From Aquabacterium sp. (GTDB taxonomy: Bacteria; Pseudomonadota; Gammaproteobacteria; Burkholderiales; Burkholderiaceae_C): a stretch of 64,000 nt of DNA. The translations under genes and the position numbers were made by a program. Shown here one piece after another: positions 8,319-18,229 of the stretch. Under the pieces are notes generated by a model. That model was not told where the DNA came from. It did no database searches and saw nothing but the letters and a program-made list of their open reading frames with translations. The DNA lies in NCBI GenBank assembly GCA_040400895.1, contig JBBAPL010000003.1, positions 12,283-76,282 on the forward strand, read 5' to 3'. The stretch's first letter is position 1. Each line of letters starts with the position of its first letter.

Positions 8319-10229
8319 ATGCGTCACTCCCTCACCGCCCTCGCCGCCGCCAGCCTCTGCATGGCACTGGCCACCCCGGCCTCGGCCGCCTGCACGCCCG
8401 GCACCGTGGCTGGCACCGTCACCCTGGGCACCCAGACCACGGGGGTGCCTGACCGCTGCGGCGCTGACGGCATGTCGGTGGACGACCGCATTGCCGATGA
8501 ATCACCCTGGGGCAACCAGGCAGCGTTCCTGGCGCATGTCGGCAGCGTCAGCCTGGCCCTGCAGCGCAGCGGCCTGATCAGCGCGACCGAGCGTGTGCGG
8601 CTGCAGATCGCGGCGCAGCAGTCGGGCATCGGCGGCACCGTGCAAGTGCAGCTGATCAGCTTCAACGACTTCCACGGCTACATCAAGGCCGGTGAGGGTT
8701 CGGCGAGCAACCCCGGCGTGGCGCGCTTTTCCACCCGCATCCAGGCGCTGAAGGCGGCCAACCCGCTGCATGCGGTGGTGTCGGCGGGCGACATGATCGG
8801 CGCCAGTCCGCTCACGTCGGCCCTGTTCAAGGACGAGCCCACCATCGAGGCGATGAACCGCATCGGCATCGACTTCAATGCCGTGGGCAACCATGAGTTC
8901 GACGAAGGCAAGGCCGAGCTGCTGCGCATGCAGCACGGCGGCAACCACCCGACCGACCCCTACACCGGCCTGGGCCTGCCGCAGGACAAGCGCGCTGACG
9001 GCCAATTCGCCGGCGCCAGGTTCGGCTTCCTGGCGGCCAACGTGGCCGAGGCGCTGACCAACAAGACGTTGTTCCCCGCCTACGGCGTGAAGGACTTCCT
9101 GGGCAACAAGGTGGCCTTCATCGGCATGACGCTGGAGGGCACGCCCACCATCGTGTCGCCTTCGGGCGTAGCCGGGCTGAACTTTGCCGACGAGGCCGAC
9201 ACGGTGAATGCGCTGATCCCGCAGCTGCGCGCCCAGGGCATCCGCAGCGTGGTGGTGCTGATCCATGAGGGCGGTCTGGCCACCGGCGGGTTGGCCAGCT
9301 GCACCGGCATCTCGGGGGCGATCGTCGACATCGTCAACCGCCTGGACGCGGAAGTGGACCTGGTGATCTCCGGCCACACCCACCAGGCTTACAACTGCCT
9401 GGTCAACAAGGCCAACGGCCAGCCGGTGCGGGTGACATCGTCGGGGTCGAACGGGCGCAACCTGGGCGACATCAAGCTCACCATCGACACCCGCACCAAG
9501 GACGTGACCGCCGTCAGCGCCAGCGTGTTGACCACCGGCACCGGCGCCACCACCGCCGAAGACCCGGCGCTGACCGACCTGGTGGCGCACTACGACAGCC
9601 TGTCGGCCGTGCCCAAGGCACGCGTGATCGGCAAGATCACCAACGCCATCAGCCGCAGCAACAACGCCGCCGGCGAGTCGGCGCTGGGCGATGTGATCGC
9701 CGATGCCCAGTTGGCCGCCACCAGCAGCCCCACCACCGGCCAAGCGGTGGTGGCCTTCATGAACCCGGGCGGCATCCGCGCCGACCTGCCGTTCAATGCG
9801 GGCGGCTTCGTCACCTACGGCGATGCCTTCACGGTGCAGCCCTTCGGCAACAGCCTGGTGACGCTGACGCTGAACGGCGCGCAGATCAAGACGATGTTGG
9901 AAACCCAGTTCGCCAACTGCCTGGGCCAGACCAGCTTCGACCGCATCCTGCAGGTGTCGGCCGGCTTCAGCTACACCTGGACCGCGGCCAATGCCTGCGG
10001 CAGCAAGGTCAGCAACATCGCCATCGGCGGCGTGGCTGTGCACCCTGCCACCAGCTACCGGGTCACCGTCAACAGCTTCCTGGCCGACGGCGGCGATGGC
10101 TTCACCGTGCTGGTGCAGGGCCACCAGCGCCTGGGCGGCGCGGTGGACACCGACGCCTTCGAGGCCTACCTGCTGGCCCAGCCCGGCGGCGTGGCACCTG
10201 GCCCGCAGAACCGCATCACCCGGCAGTGA
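8319..10229 (+). CDS. Secreted bifunctional metallophosphatase / 5'-nucleotidase with an extra N-terminal domain
   Basis: ISFNDFHG, SAGDMIGAS, AVGNHEFD, LIHEG, ISGHTH, ESALGDVIADA, MNPGGIRADL, VQPFGN, VTVNSFLADGGDGF. Start at ATG 8319. Confidence 0.92.
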   Translation: MRHSLTALAAASLCMALATPASAACTPGTVAGTVTLGTQTTGVPDRCGADGMSVDDRIADESPWGNQAAFLAHVGSVSLALQRSGLISATERVRLQIAAQQSGIGGTVQVQLISFNDFHGYIKAGEGSASNPGVARFSTRIQALKAANPLHAVVSAGDMIGASPLTSALFKDEPTIEAMNRIGIDFNAVGNHEFDEGKAELLRMQHGGNHPTDPYTGLGLPQDKRADGQFAGARFGFLAANVAEALTNKTLFPAYGVKDFLGNKVAFIGMTLEGTPTIVSPSGVAGLNFADEADTVNALIPQLRAQGIRSVVVLIHEGGLATGGLASCTGISGAIVDIVNRLDAEVDLVISGHTHQAYNCLVNKANGQPVRVTSSGSNGRNLGDIKLTIDTRTKDVTAVSASVLTTGTGATTAEDPALTDLVAHYDSLSAVPKARVIGKITNAISRSNNAAGESALGDVIADAQLAATSSPTTGQAVVAFMNPGGIRADLPFNAGGFVTYGDAFTVQPFGNSLVTLTLNGAQIKTMLETQFANCLGQTSFDRILQVSAGFSYTWTAANACGSKVSNIAIGGVAVHPATSYRVTVNSFLADGGDGFTVLVQGHQRLGGAVDTDAFEAYLLAQPGGVAPGPQNRITRQ

Positions 10230-10297
10230 CGGCCCGCATCTGCCTGCAGCGGCGCGGCACCGCGCTGCCCAACCAACCATCCACTTCAGGACCCACC

Positions 10298-11152
10298 ATG
10301 CGCTTGCCCACCCATCAACTTCCCCGCCTGCGCCGCCTGGCGCTGGCCGCCGCCCTGCTGGGCACCGGCCTGGCCCAGGCCGCTGGCCTGGCCATCACCA
10401 GCGGCAGCGTGACCGGCGGCCTGGCCTTCGATGCCGACGCCAACGGCCAACTGCTCAGCAATGGCGCCAGCCTGGCCGATGCCTCGGGCCAGAACTTTCT
10501 GCTGGGCTTGGGTAGCCTGAGCGCCAGCAACGCCCTGGCCGGCGGTGGCAAGACCACCACGCTGGACCAGCTGTGGTCGGCCAATGCATCGCTGGATGCC
10601 AGCAATGCAATGACACTGACATTCAACCTCGACGCGACTAGCGCGCTGACCCTGGGCGGTGACGGCCAGTTCGGCGGCGGCACCAGCCGCAGCAGCCTGC
10701 TGCTGGACGCAGAACTGGCCGTCACCAGCACCGGCGAGGCCGCTGGCACCGCCGTGCGTCTGGTGTTTGCCGGCACGGCAGATTCGCTGGTCAACACCAC
10801 CGGTCCGTCGCTGGATGTGACGCCCACCTTCGACCTGGTGGTGCGTGACGCGCAGAGCAACATCCTGGGCAGCTGGCAGGGCCTGGCTGTCGGCAGCAGC
10901 ACCGCCTTCAGCTTCAGCCTGGACACCCGGGTGGGCGACAGCCTGTTGTTCAGCCTCAGCCACGACAGCACCGGCCTGCTGGGCAGCGCCACCGGCCTGG
11001 CCGCCGGCGGCGACACGCTGGACGCCACCGCCCTGCTCAGCGGCACGGTGCAGGTCACCGCCGTGCCCGAGCCCGAGTCCTACGCCCTGTTCCTGGCGGG
11101 TCTGGCCGCCCTGGGCTTGCTGCGCAAGCGGCAGGGCCAGGGCCGCCGCTGA
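10298..11152 (+). CDS. PEP-CTERM sorting-domain protein (Gly/Ser/Thr/Ala-rich, no recognisable catalytic domain)
   Basis: Signal peptide; C-terminus AVPEPESYALFLAGLAALGLLRKR. Confidence 0.85.
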   Translation: MRLPTHQLPRLRRLALAAALLGTGLAQAAGLAITSGSVTGGLAFDADANGQLLSNGASLADASGQNFLLGLGSLSASNALAGGGKTTTLDQLWSANASLDASNAMTLTFNLDATSALTLGGDGQFGGGTSRSSLLLDAELAVTSTGEAAGTAVRLVFAGTADSLVNTTGPSLDVTPTFDLVVRDAQSNILGSWQGLAVGSSTAFSFSLDTRVGDSLLFSLSHDSTGLLGSATGLAAGGDTLDATALLSGTVQVTAVPEPESYALFLAGLAALGLLRKRQGQGRR

Positions 11153-11206
11153 GCCCGGCGCCCTTCACGGCCATCTGACAACCACCCCACAATCCTGGAC
11201 ACCACC

Positions 11207-12235
11207 ATGAACACCTTGCACCTTCTGCGCCGCAGCCTGCTGGCCGGCCTCGCCTGCGGCCTGCTGGCCGCCACCCTGCCGGTGGCCGCCGCCGGCGAGT
11301 ACATCCGCCCCGGCGTGTCGTTCGCGCTGATCGGCGACACGCCCTATGGCGTGGCCGAAGAGCCCAAGTTCGACCGCGTGATCAGCGACATCAACGCGTC
11401 GCGCAACGTGCGCTTCGTGCTGCACACCGGCGACGTCAAGCAGGGCAGCGAGCGTTGCGACGACGCGCTGTTCATCAAGCGCTTCAACCAGTACCAGAAG
11501 TTCGACGACGCCTTCATCGTCACCCCCGGCGACAACGACTGGACCGACTGCCACCGCACCAACAACGGCAGCTACCTGCCGACCGAGCGGCTGGCCAAGT
11601 TCCGCGAGATCTTTTACCCGACCATCGGCCGCAGCACCGGCAAGAAGGCGGTGTCGTTGCTGTCGCAGGCCGCCGCGCCCGGCCATGCCGCCCACAGCGC
11701 GTATGTGGAAAACACACTGTGGCAATTTGCCGGCACCACCATGGCCGCCGTGCATGTGGTGGGCAGCGCCAACAACCTGGCGCCGTGGAACCAACTGGCC
11801 GGCGGCGACCGCCCGGTTGAGCGCCAGGCCGAGTACGACGCCCGCCTGGCCGCCAGCCTGGCCTGGATCGACGAGACCTTCAACCGCGCGGTGGCCGCCA
11901 ACAGCGCCGGTGTGCTGATCGCCATGCAGGCCAACCCGGGCCTGGAATACGCCATCGGCAGCGCACAGCGCCTGGGCTTCGACACGGTGATCGCCAAGAT
12001 CACCGCACGCACCATCGCGTTCGGCAAGCCGGTGCTGCTGGCGCATGGCGACAGCCATTACTTCCGCGTCGACAAGCCGCTGGTCGACGCCGGTGTGTCA
12101 CTGGAGAACCTGACCCGGGTGGAGAACTTCGGCTCGCCCAACGTGCACTGGGTGGAAGTGTTCGTCGATGCACGCGACCCGAACGTGTTCAGCGTGGTGC
12201 CGCGCATCGTGGCGGGCAACGTCGTCACGCACTGA
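11207..12235 (+). CDS. Secreted calcineurin-like metallophosphoesterase
   Basis: ALIGDTPY, LHTGDVK, TPGDNDW, LAHGDSH motifs; N-terminal LRRSLL leader. Confidence 0.8.
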   Translation: MNTLHLLRRSLLAGLACGLLAATLPVAAAGEYIRPGVSFALIGDTPYGVAEEPKFDRVISDINASRNVRFVLHTGDVKQGSERCDDALFIKRFNQYQKFDDAFIVTPGDNDWTDCHRTNNGSYLPTERLAKFREIFYPTIGRSTGKKAVSLLSQAAAPGHAAHSAYVENTLWQFAGTTMAAVHVVGSANNLAPWNQLAGGDRPVERQAEYDARLAASLAWIDETFNRAVAANSAGVLIAMQANPGLEYAIGSAQRLGFDTVIAKITARTIAFGKPVLLAHGDSHYFRVDKPLVDAGVSLENLTRVENFGSPNVHWVEVFVDARDPNVFSVVPRIVAGNVVTH

Positions 12236-12287
12236 CCTGCGCCGCAGCACGCCAGGCGCCGGGTTAACCTCGGCATCGGTCCGCATC

Positions 12288-12322
12288 GGGCCGCGCCCCC
12301 CACAGGGGCGCGGCCCTTGTGC
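12288..12322 (+). terminator. Intrinsic terminator-like hairpin closing the phosphoesterase operon
   Basis: gggccgcgcccc-ccaca-ggggcgcggccc (12-bp stem) followed by ttgtgcttt. Confidence 0.6.
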
Positions 12323-12347
12323 TTTCAGCCCCACCACCGCAGCCCCC

Positions 12348-14015
12348 ATGACCACCACCGTCTACGCCGCCCGCCGCATCGTCACCATGAATCCGGCGCA
12401 GCCCGATGCCACCCATGTGGCGGTGCGCGACGGCCGCATCCTGGCGGTGGGCGACGCAGACCGCATGGCCGCCTGGGGCGCCACCACGCTGGACACCACG
12501 TTCGCTGACAAGGTGCTGCTGCCCGGCTTCGTGGAAGGCCACTGCCACCTGAAGGAAGGCGGCATGTGGGACATGCCCTACCTGGGCTGGTTCGACCGGC
12601 GCGACCCGCAGGGCCGGGTGTGGCCCGGCCTGCGCAGCATGGCCGCGGTGGTGGCGCGCCTGGCCGAGATCGACGCACAGATGGCCGCAGCCGGCCAGCC
12701 CGCCAACGCACCGCTGGTCGTCTGGGGGTTCGATCCGATCTACTTCGGCGGCGAGCGCATGACGGTGGACCACCTCGACCGCGTGGGCGACGGCACGCGG
12801 CCCATCATCGTGGCCCATGCCAACGGCCACCTGCTGAACGCCAACAGCGCGATGCTGGCCATCGCCGGCGTGGACGCCGACACCGACGTGGAAGGCGTGG
12901 TGAAGTTCCACACCGGCCCGCAGCAAGGCCAGCCCAACGGCGAACTGCAGGAGCCAGCCGCCATGTCACTGGTGCTGCGCCATGCCGGCAACGCCGGCCT
13001 GCTGGCGCCGCTGGACGACGCCGGGCTGCAGGCCTTCGGATCGATCTGCCGGCTGCAGGGCGTGACCACCGCCACCGACCTGGTCAACCGCCTGGGTGAG
13101 CGTGAACTGGCGGTGCTGCGCCGCAACACCGATGACGACGGCTTCCCGGTGCGCATCCTGCCGGCCTTCCAGGCCTTCCACGGCAGCCAGGGCGCCGCCG
13201 ACGGCGCCGCCTACGTGCAGTCGCTGCTGCCCACCAGCACCGACCGGCTGCGCTTCGGCCTGGTGAAGATGATGCTCGACGGCTCGATCCAGGGCTATTC
13301 GGCGCGGCTGCGCTGGCCCGGCTATGTGAACGGCGCACCGAACGGCATCTGGGTGACAGCGCCCAGCCAGTACGAGGCCGACTTCGAGGTTTACCACCGC
13401 GCCGGCCTGACCATCCACACCCACACCAACGGCGACGAGGCCAGCCTGGCCGCCATCGACGCGGTGCAGCGGGTGCTGGCCCGCGCGCCGCGCCCTGGCC
13501 ACCGCCACACGCTGCAGCACGGCCAGATGATCGACCGGCCGATGTTCGACCGCATGGCCACGCTGGGCCTGTGCGCCAACCTGTTCGCCAACCACCTGTG
13601 GTACTGGGGCGACCAGCACCACGACATGACCATGGGCCCTGACCGCGCCCACCGGCTGGACGACTGCCGCGCCGCACTGGACGCCGGCGTGCGCCTGGCC
13701 ATCCACAGCGACGCGCCGGTGACGCCGCTGGCGCCGCTGTTCACCGCCTGGTGCGCGGCCAACCGCGTCACGCCCAGCGGCCGGGTGCTGGGGCCGTCGC
13801 AGCGGCTGCGCTTGGACGAGGCGCTGCACGCCATCACCCTGGGCCCGGCCTGGACGCTGGGGCTGGACCACGAGATCGGCAGCATCGAGGTGGGCAAGCG
13901 CGCCGACTTCGCGGTGCTGCACGACGACCCGCTGGCGGTCGACCCGATGGCGTTGAAGGACATCGCGGTGTGGGGCACGGTGCTGTCGGGCCGGGTGTTC
14001 CCGGCGGGCGGCTGA
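12348..14015 (+). CDS. Amidohydrolase_3 (YtcJ/NfdA-like) metal-dependent hydrolase
   Basis: HVAVRDGRILAVG, LPGFVEGHCH, KMMLDGSIQG, HTHTNGD, HGQ, HSDAPV, IGSIEVGKRADF. Confidence 0.88.
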   Translation: MTTTVYAARRIVTMNPAQPDATHVAVRDGRILAVGDADRMAAWGATTLDTTFADKVLLPGFVEGHCHLKEGGMWDMPYLGWFDRRDPQGRVWPGLRSMAAVVARLAEIDAQMAAAGQPANAPLVVWGFDPIYFGGERMTVDHLDRVGDGTRPIIVAHANGHLLNANSAMLAIAGVDADTDVEGVVKFHTGPQQGQPNGELQEPAAMSLVLRHAGNAGLLAPLDDAGLQAFGSICRLQGVTTATDLVNRLGERELAVLRRNTDDDGFPVRILPAFQAFHGSQGAADGAAYVQSLLPTSTDRLRFGLVKMMLDGSIQGYSARLRWPGYVNGAPNGIWVTAPSQYEADFEVYHRAGLTIHTHTNGDEASLAAIDAVQRVLARAPRPGHRHTLQHGQMIDRPMFDRMATLGLCANLFANHLWYWGDQHHDMTMGPDRAHRLDDCRAALDAGVRLAIHSDAPVTPLAPLFTAWCAANRVTPSGRVLGPSQRLRLDEALHAITLGPAWTLGLDHEIGSIEVGKRADFAVLHDDPLAVDPMALKDIAVWGTVLSGRVFPAGG

Positions 14016-14040
14016 TCGGCTGATCCCGGGGCCGGCGGCG

Positions 14041-15036
14041 GTGCAGCGCATCCCGTTCACCGTCATCGGCGGTTTTCTCGGCGCGGGCAAGACCACGCTG
14101 TTGAACCGCTGGCTGGCGCAGGCGGCATCGCAGCCGCAGGCACCCCGGATCGCCGTGCTGGTCAACGACTTCGGCGCCATCAATGTCGATGCCGCCCTGG
14201 TGCAGCAGGCCGGCAGCGACGCCGTCGCGCTGAGCAACGGCTGCGTTTGCTGCGCCATCGGCGACGACCTGTCGGCCGCCATCGCCACGCTGCTGCAGGC
14301 CAGCCCGCCGTTCGACGTGGTGGTGGTCGAGGCCAGCGGCGTGTCCGACCCCTGGCGCATCGCGCAGTACGCAATGGCCGAGCCGCGGCTGCAACTGCAG
14401 GCTGTGCTGCTGCTGGTGGATGCCGCCGCCCTGGCCGGCCACCTGGCCGACCCGCTGCTGACTGACAGCCTCACCCGCCCGCTGGCCCATGCCGACCTGG
14501 TGGTGTTCAACCACGCCGACCGCGCCAGCGCCGCCGACCTGGACAGCGCCCGCGCCTGGGTGCGGGCCGATGCGGCGCAGCGTGGCCAACCGCCGGCGCC
14601 ATGGCTGGAAGCCCGCCATGCCGACTTGCCGCTGGCGCTGCTGCACGACACGCTCTACCGGCCACACGGTGGTGGGCTGCACACCGCCAACCACGGCGCG
14701 CAGTTCCAGGCCTGGCAGCAGCAGCCCACAGGACTGTTCGACGAAGCCAGGCTGCGGGCCTGGCTGCGCGCCCTGCCAGCAGGCGTGCTGCGCCTGAAGG
14801 GCTGGCTGCCGTTGGCCGATGGCTCGGGCGAGCCCCAGCCGGGCAGCCGCTGGCTCAGCCTGCAGTGGGCCGGCCGGCATGCCAGCGTGCGCCGGTTGGC
14901 CACGCCGCCGGCCGGCGGCGCCGCGTTGGTCGCCATCGGCCTGGCTGGCCAGTTGCCCGCTGACACGCTGGCGTCGGGCCTGCAGGCCTGCCTGGCGGAA
15001 AATGCCGGCTCGATGACACAAGGACGTCCCGCATGA
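14041..15036 (+). CDS. COG0523/CobW-family GTPase metallochaperone
   Basis: [24 protein letters not shown] (CxCC metal site), VEASG, C-terminal RLKG. Confidence 0.9.
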   Translation: MQRIPFTVIGGFLGAGKTTLLNRWLAQAASQPQAPRIAVLVNDFGAINVDAALVQQAGSDAVALSNGCVCCAIGDDLSAAIATLLQASPPFDVVVVEASGVSDPWRIAQYAMAEPRLQLQAVLLLVDAAALAGHLADPLLTDSLTRPLAHADLVVFNHADRASAADLDSARAWVRADAAQRGQPPAPWLEARHADLPLALLHDTLYRPHGGGLHTANHGAQFQAWQQQPTGLFDEARLRAWLRALPAGVLRLKGWLPLADGSGEPQPGSRWLSLQWAGRHASVRRLATPPAGGAALVAIGLAGQLPADTLASGLQACLAENAGSMTQGRPA

Positions 15037-15893
15037 GCGCCCCCACCCTCCATGTGCAACCCCTGGGCCCGGCCATCGGCGCCCTGGTCAGTGGGTTGCA
15101 GTTGTCCGACGGCGTCAGCGACGCGCAACGCGATGCCCTGGTGGCCGCGCAGCTGCGCCACCATGTGCTGTTCTTCGAAGGCCAGCAGCTCAACCCATTG
15201 CAGCAGCGGGCGTTGGCCGCGCGCTTCGGCGACCTGCACATCCACCCGGTGTACCCGCAGGCGCCTGGCGTGCCCGAGATCATCGTGCTCGACACCAGTG
15301 ACAACAACCCGCCGGACAACGACAACTGGCACACCGACGTCACCTTCCTGGCCGCGCCGGCGATGGGCGCCATCCTGTCGGCCCAGTTGCTGCCACCCAG
15401 CGGCGGCGACACGCTGTGGGCCAGCGGCGTGGCTGCCTATGCGGCGCTGTCGGCACCGTACCGCCGCATGCTGGCCGGGTTGAACGCCGAGCATGACTTC
15501 CTGAAGAGCTTTCCGGCGCACCGCTTCGCCCGCACGCCGGAAGAGAAGCTGCGCTGGGAGAAGGCCCGCCACGACCACCCGCCGCGCCTGCATCCGGTGG
15601 TGCGCACCCACCCGGTCAGTGGCCTGCAGGGCCTGTTCGTCAGCGAGGGCTTCACCACCCGCATCGTCGAGCTGGGCGCCAGCGAGAGCGACGCCGTGCT
15701 GCGCCAGCTGTTCGCCCATCTGGCGAAGCCCGAATTCACCGTGCGCTGGCGCTGGAAGCTGGGTGACGTGGCCTTCTGGGACAACCGCCTGACCCAGCAC
15801 TACGCCACCGCCGACTACCTGCCCGCGCGGCGGGTGATGCACCGCGCCACCATCCTGGGCGACGTGCCGTTCTACCGGGCCGACGTGGCCTGA
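15033..15893 (+). CDS. tauD: Taurine / alpha-ketoglutarate dioxygenase
   Basis: [64 protein letters not shown]. Start overlaps the cobW stop (ATGA). Confidence 0.92.
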   Translation: MSAPTLHVQPLGPAIGALVSGLQLSDGVSDAQRDALVAAQLRHHVLFFEGQQLNPLQQRALAARFGDLHIHPVYPQAPGVPEIIVLDTSDNNPPDNDNWHTDVTFLAAPAMGAILSAQLLPPSGGDTLWASGVAAYAALSAPYRRMLAGLNAEHDFLKSFPAHRFARTPEEKLRWEKARHDHPPRLHPVVRTHPVSGLQGLFVSEGFTTRIVELGASESDAVLRQLFAHLAKPEFTVRWRWKLGDVAFWDNRLTQHYATADYLPARRVMHRATILGDVPFYRADVA

Positions 15894-16050
15894 ACCGGCG
15901 GCCAGGCGGGCGGCAGCCACCGTCAGGGCCGCTCGTTCGAAATCAGGGTTTGACCGGCCTTCGAACAGGGGGGGGCTTCTCCAGAAAGCGCGAATCTTCG
16001 CGGCCTAGCATGGGACCTCGGCAATCAGCCTGTCCTCTGGAGACCCACCC

Positions 16051-18225
16051 ATGCGCCTCTCGCTGCAGCGTTCCCTCACCACCATCGCCTGTGCAGCAGC
16101 ATTGGTTTGCGCCAGTCACAACGCGCTGGCGCAAGCTGCGCCTGCCCAGGCCGCCCGCATCCTGCACGCTGCGCCGGGCCAGACGCTGACCCTGCCATCG
16201 ACCGCCGCGCCGGCGGCCATCGTTGCTGGCCTGCTGCGCAGCCGCGGCGGCCCGGATCTCGCCGCATCGCTGACCACCACTGGGGACGGCCCTGGCGCCA
16301 GCGGACTGCGCCATGTGCGCCTGCAGCAGACGGTCAACGGCGTGCCGGTGCACGGCGCCACCATGAAGGCCACGCTGAACGCACGGGGCGAAGTGCTGCA
16401 CCTGATCGATCGCAGCGTCGAGCCGGGCGCCGCCGCCCCGCGGGTGGCGCAGGTCGACGAGCGCCAGGCGCTGGCGGCGGCCATGGCCCGCGTGCATCCC
16501 GGCGTGTCGGCCCGCTTCGGCGCGGGCTTGCGCGATGGCGCGGTGCAGCGCTTTGCCGGCGGCGCCTTCTTCCACAACGACCCGGAGGTGAGCCGCGTGC
16601 TGCTGCCGCAGGCCGGCGGCGGCCTGGCCGAAGGCTTCCTGGTGCAGACCTGGACCCAGCGCCAGAACCTGCTGGACCACACCGTGGTCGACGGCAGCGG
16701 GCAGGTGGTGTCGGTCGAGCGGCGCACCGCCAACGACAGCTACAACGTGTTCCCCGTTGCACCGGGCAAGGGCCCGCAGTCTGTCGCGCCGGGCCCCGGC
16801 ACCGGTAATGCGCAGTCACCCAGCGGCTGGCTGTCGGGCACCCAGACCACCTTCGCGATCAACGGCAACAACGTGTCTGCCTACCTCGACGCCGACGCCA
16901 ACAACCGCGCCGACCGGGGCGGCACCTCAGTGACCAGCGGCAACTTCCTGGCAGCGGTCAACCTCGCGCAGGCGCCCACGACCACCACGAACAAGGCCGT
17001 GGCGGTGCAGAACCTGTTCTACCTGAACAACAGCATCCACGACATCCTGTACCGGCACGGCTTCAACGAGGCGGCCGGCAACTTCCAGACCAACAACTTC
17101 AACAAGGGCGGCCGCGGCAGCGACCCGGTGAACGCCGAGGCCCAGGACGGCAGCGGCACCGACAACGCCAACTTCGCCACCCCCACCGACGGCCAGCGCC
17201 CGCGCATGCAGATGTACCTGTGGAGCGGCACCGGCCCCTCGCATGAGCTGGTGCTGTCCGGTGGCCCGACCTACGGCGCCAAGGGATCGTCCTTCGGGGC
17301 GCAGCTCACCACCACCGGCATCAGCTTCCCCGTGGTGGCCGGGCTGGATGGCGTGGGCACCAGCGCCGATGGCTGCGAGGCGCTGCCGACAGCCCAGGTC
17401 ACCGGCAAGATCGTGCTGGTCGACCGCGGCACCTGCTCCTTCACCGTCAAGGTCAAGAACGCGCAGTTGGCCGGCGCCCGGGGCGTGATCATCGCCAACA
17501 ACGATGCCTCGGCGATCTTCGGGCCCGGCGGCACCGACACCACCGTCACCATCCCGTCGATGATGGTCAGCCAGGCCGACGGCACCGACCTGCGCGCCCG
17601 CCTGGGCGCCACCGGCGCCATGCGCAAGAAGGCGGTGCAGCCGCTGCAGATCGACGCCTCGCTCGACTCGGACGTGGTCTACCACGAGTATGGCCACGGC
17701 CTGACCTGGCGCATGATCGGCGCCATGAGCGGCCCGCTGGCGGGCGCCCTCGGCGAAGGCGCCAGCGACGTGGTGGCCTTCATGGTCAACGGCGACGATG
17801 TGGTCGGCGAGTATTCGTCCAGCAGCCCCACCGGCATCCGCAGCGCCCGCTATGCCGGCTACAGCCGCACCTATGCCAACGTGGCCGGCACCGGGGTGCA
17901 CTTCGATGGCGAGGTCTACGCCGCGACGATGTGGCGGCTGCGCGAACTGTGGCTGGCCAGCGGCCGCCCGGCGGACAGCCTGTTCGGGCACTTCGTCGAC
18001 GGCATGAACTACACGCCGTCCACCCCCGCCTACGAGGACATGCGCACGGGCATGCTGGCGGCCATCGCCAACACGGCGGGTACCGACGCCACGGCCCGCT
18101 GCGCCCTGGTGTGGCAGGCCTTTGCGCAGTTCGGCATCGGGGTGGGTGCCAAGGGCACGGTGCTGACCAGCACCAGCGTGTCGATCACGCCCTCGAACGT
18201 GGCGCGCAGCGACTGCACGCCCTGA
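16051..18225 (+). CDS. Secreted M36 (fungalysin-family) metallopeptidase with propeptide and PA-domain insert
   Basis: Signal peptide; GFNEAAGNFQ, NAEAQDGSGTDNANF..PDG..PRMQMY, PA domain (IVLVDRGTCSF..KVKNAQLAGA), VYHEYGHG, GEGASD, HFDGEVYA. Confidence 0.92.
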   Translation: MRLSLQRSLTTIACAAALVCASHNALAQAAPAQAARILHAAPGQTLTLPSTAAPAAIVAGLLRSRGGPDLAASLTTTGDGPGASGLRHVRLQQTVNGVPVHGATMKATLNARGEVLHLIDRSVEPGAAAPRVAQVDERQALAAAMARVHPGVSARFGAGLRDGAVQRFAGGAFFHNDPEVSRVLLPQAGGGLAEGFLVQTWTQRQNLLDHTVVDGSGQVVSVERRTANDSYNVFPVAPGKGPQSVAPGPGTGNAQSPSGWLSGTQTTFAINGNNVSAYLDADANNRADRGGTSVTSGNFLAAVNLAQAPTTTTNKAVAVQNLFYLNNSIHDILYRHGFNEAAGNFQTNNFNKGGRGSDPVNAEAQDGSGTDNANFATPTDGQRPRMQMYLWSGTGPSHELVLSGGPTYGAKGSSFGAQLTTTGISFPVVAGLDGVGTSADGCEALPTAQVTGKIVLVDRGTCSFTVKVKNAQLAGARGVIIANNDASAIFGPGGTDTTVTIPSMMVSQADGTDLRARLGATGAMRKKAVQPLQIDASLDSDVVYHEYGHGLTWRMIGAMSGPLAGALGEGASDVVAFMVNGDDVVGEYSSSSPTGIRSARYAGYSRTYANVAGTGVHFDGEVYAATMWRLRELWLASGRPADSLFGHFVDGMNYTPSTPAYEDMRTGMLAAIANTAGTDATARCALVWQAFAQFGIGVGAKGTVLTSTSVSITPSNVARSDCTP

Positions 18226-18229
18226 CGGT

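Noticed and set aside
5907-8327. 806-aa minus-strand ORF suggesting a large dioxygenase fusion
   Set aside because: The upstream part is antisense to the EEP gene. The real start is 6584, with an RBS-like ggag and a signal peptide.
12270-12287. Sigma54-like site (cGGcatcggtccGCat) before the amidohydrolase
   Set aside because: GG-GC spacing is 9 nt rather than the required 10.
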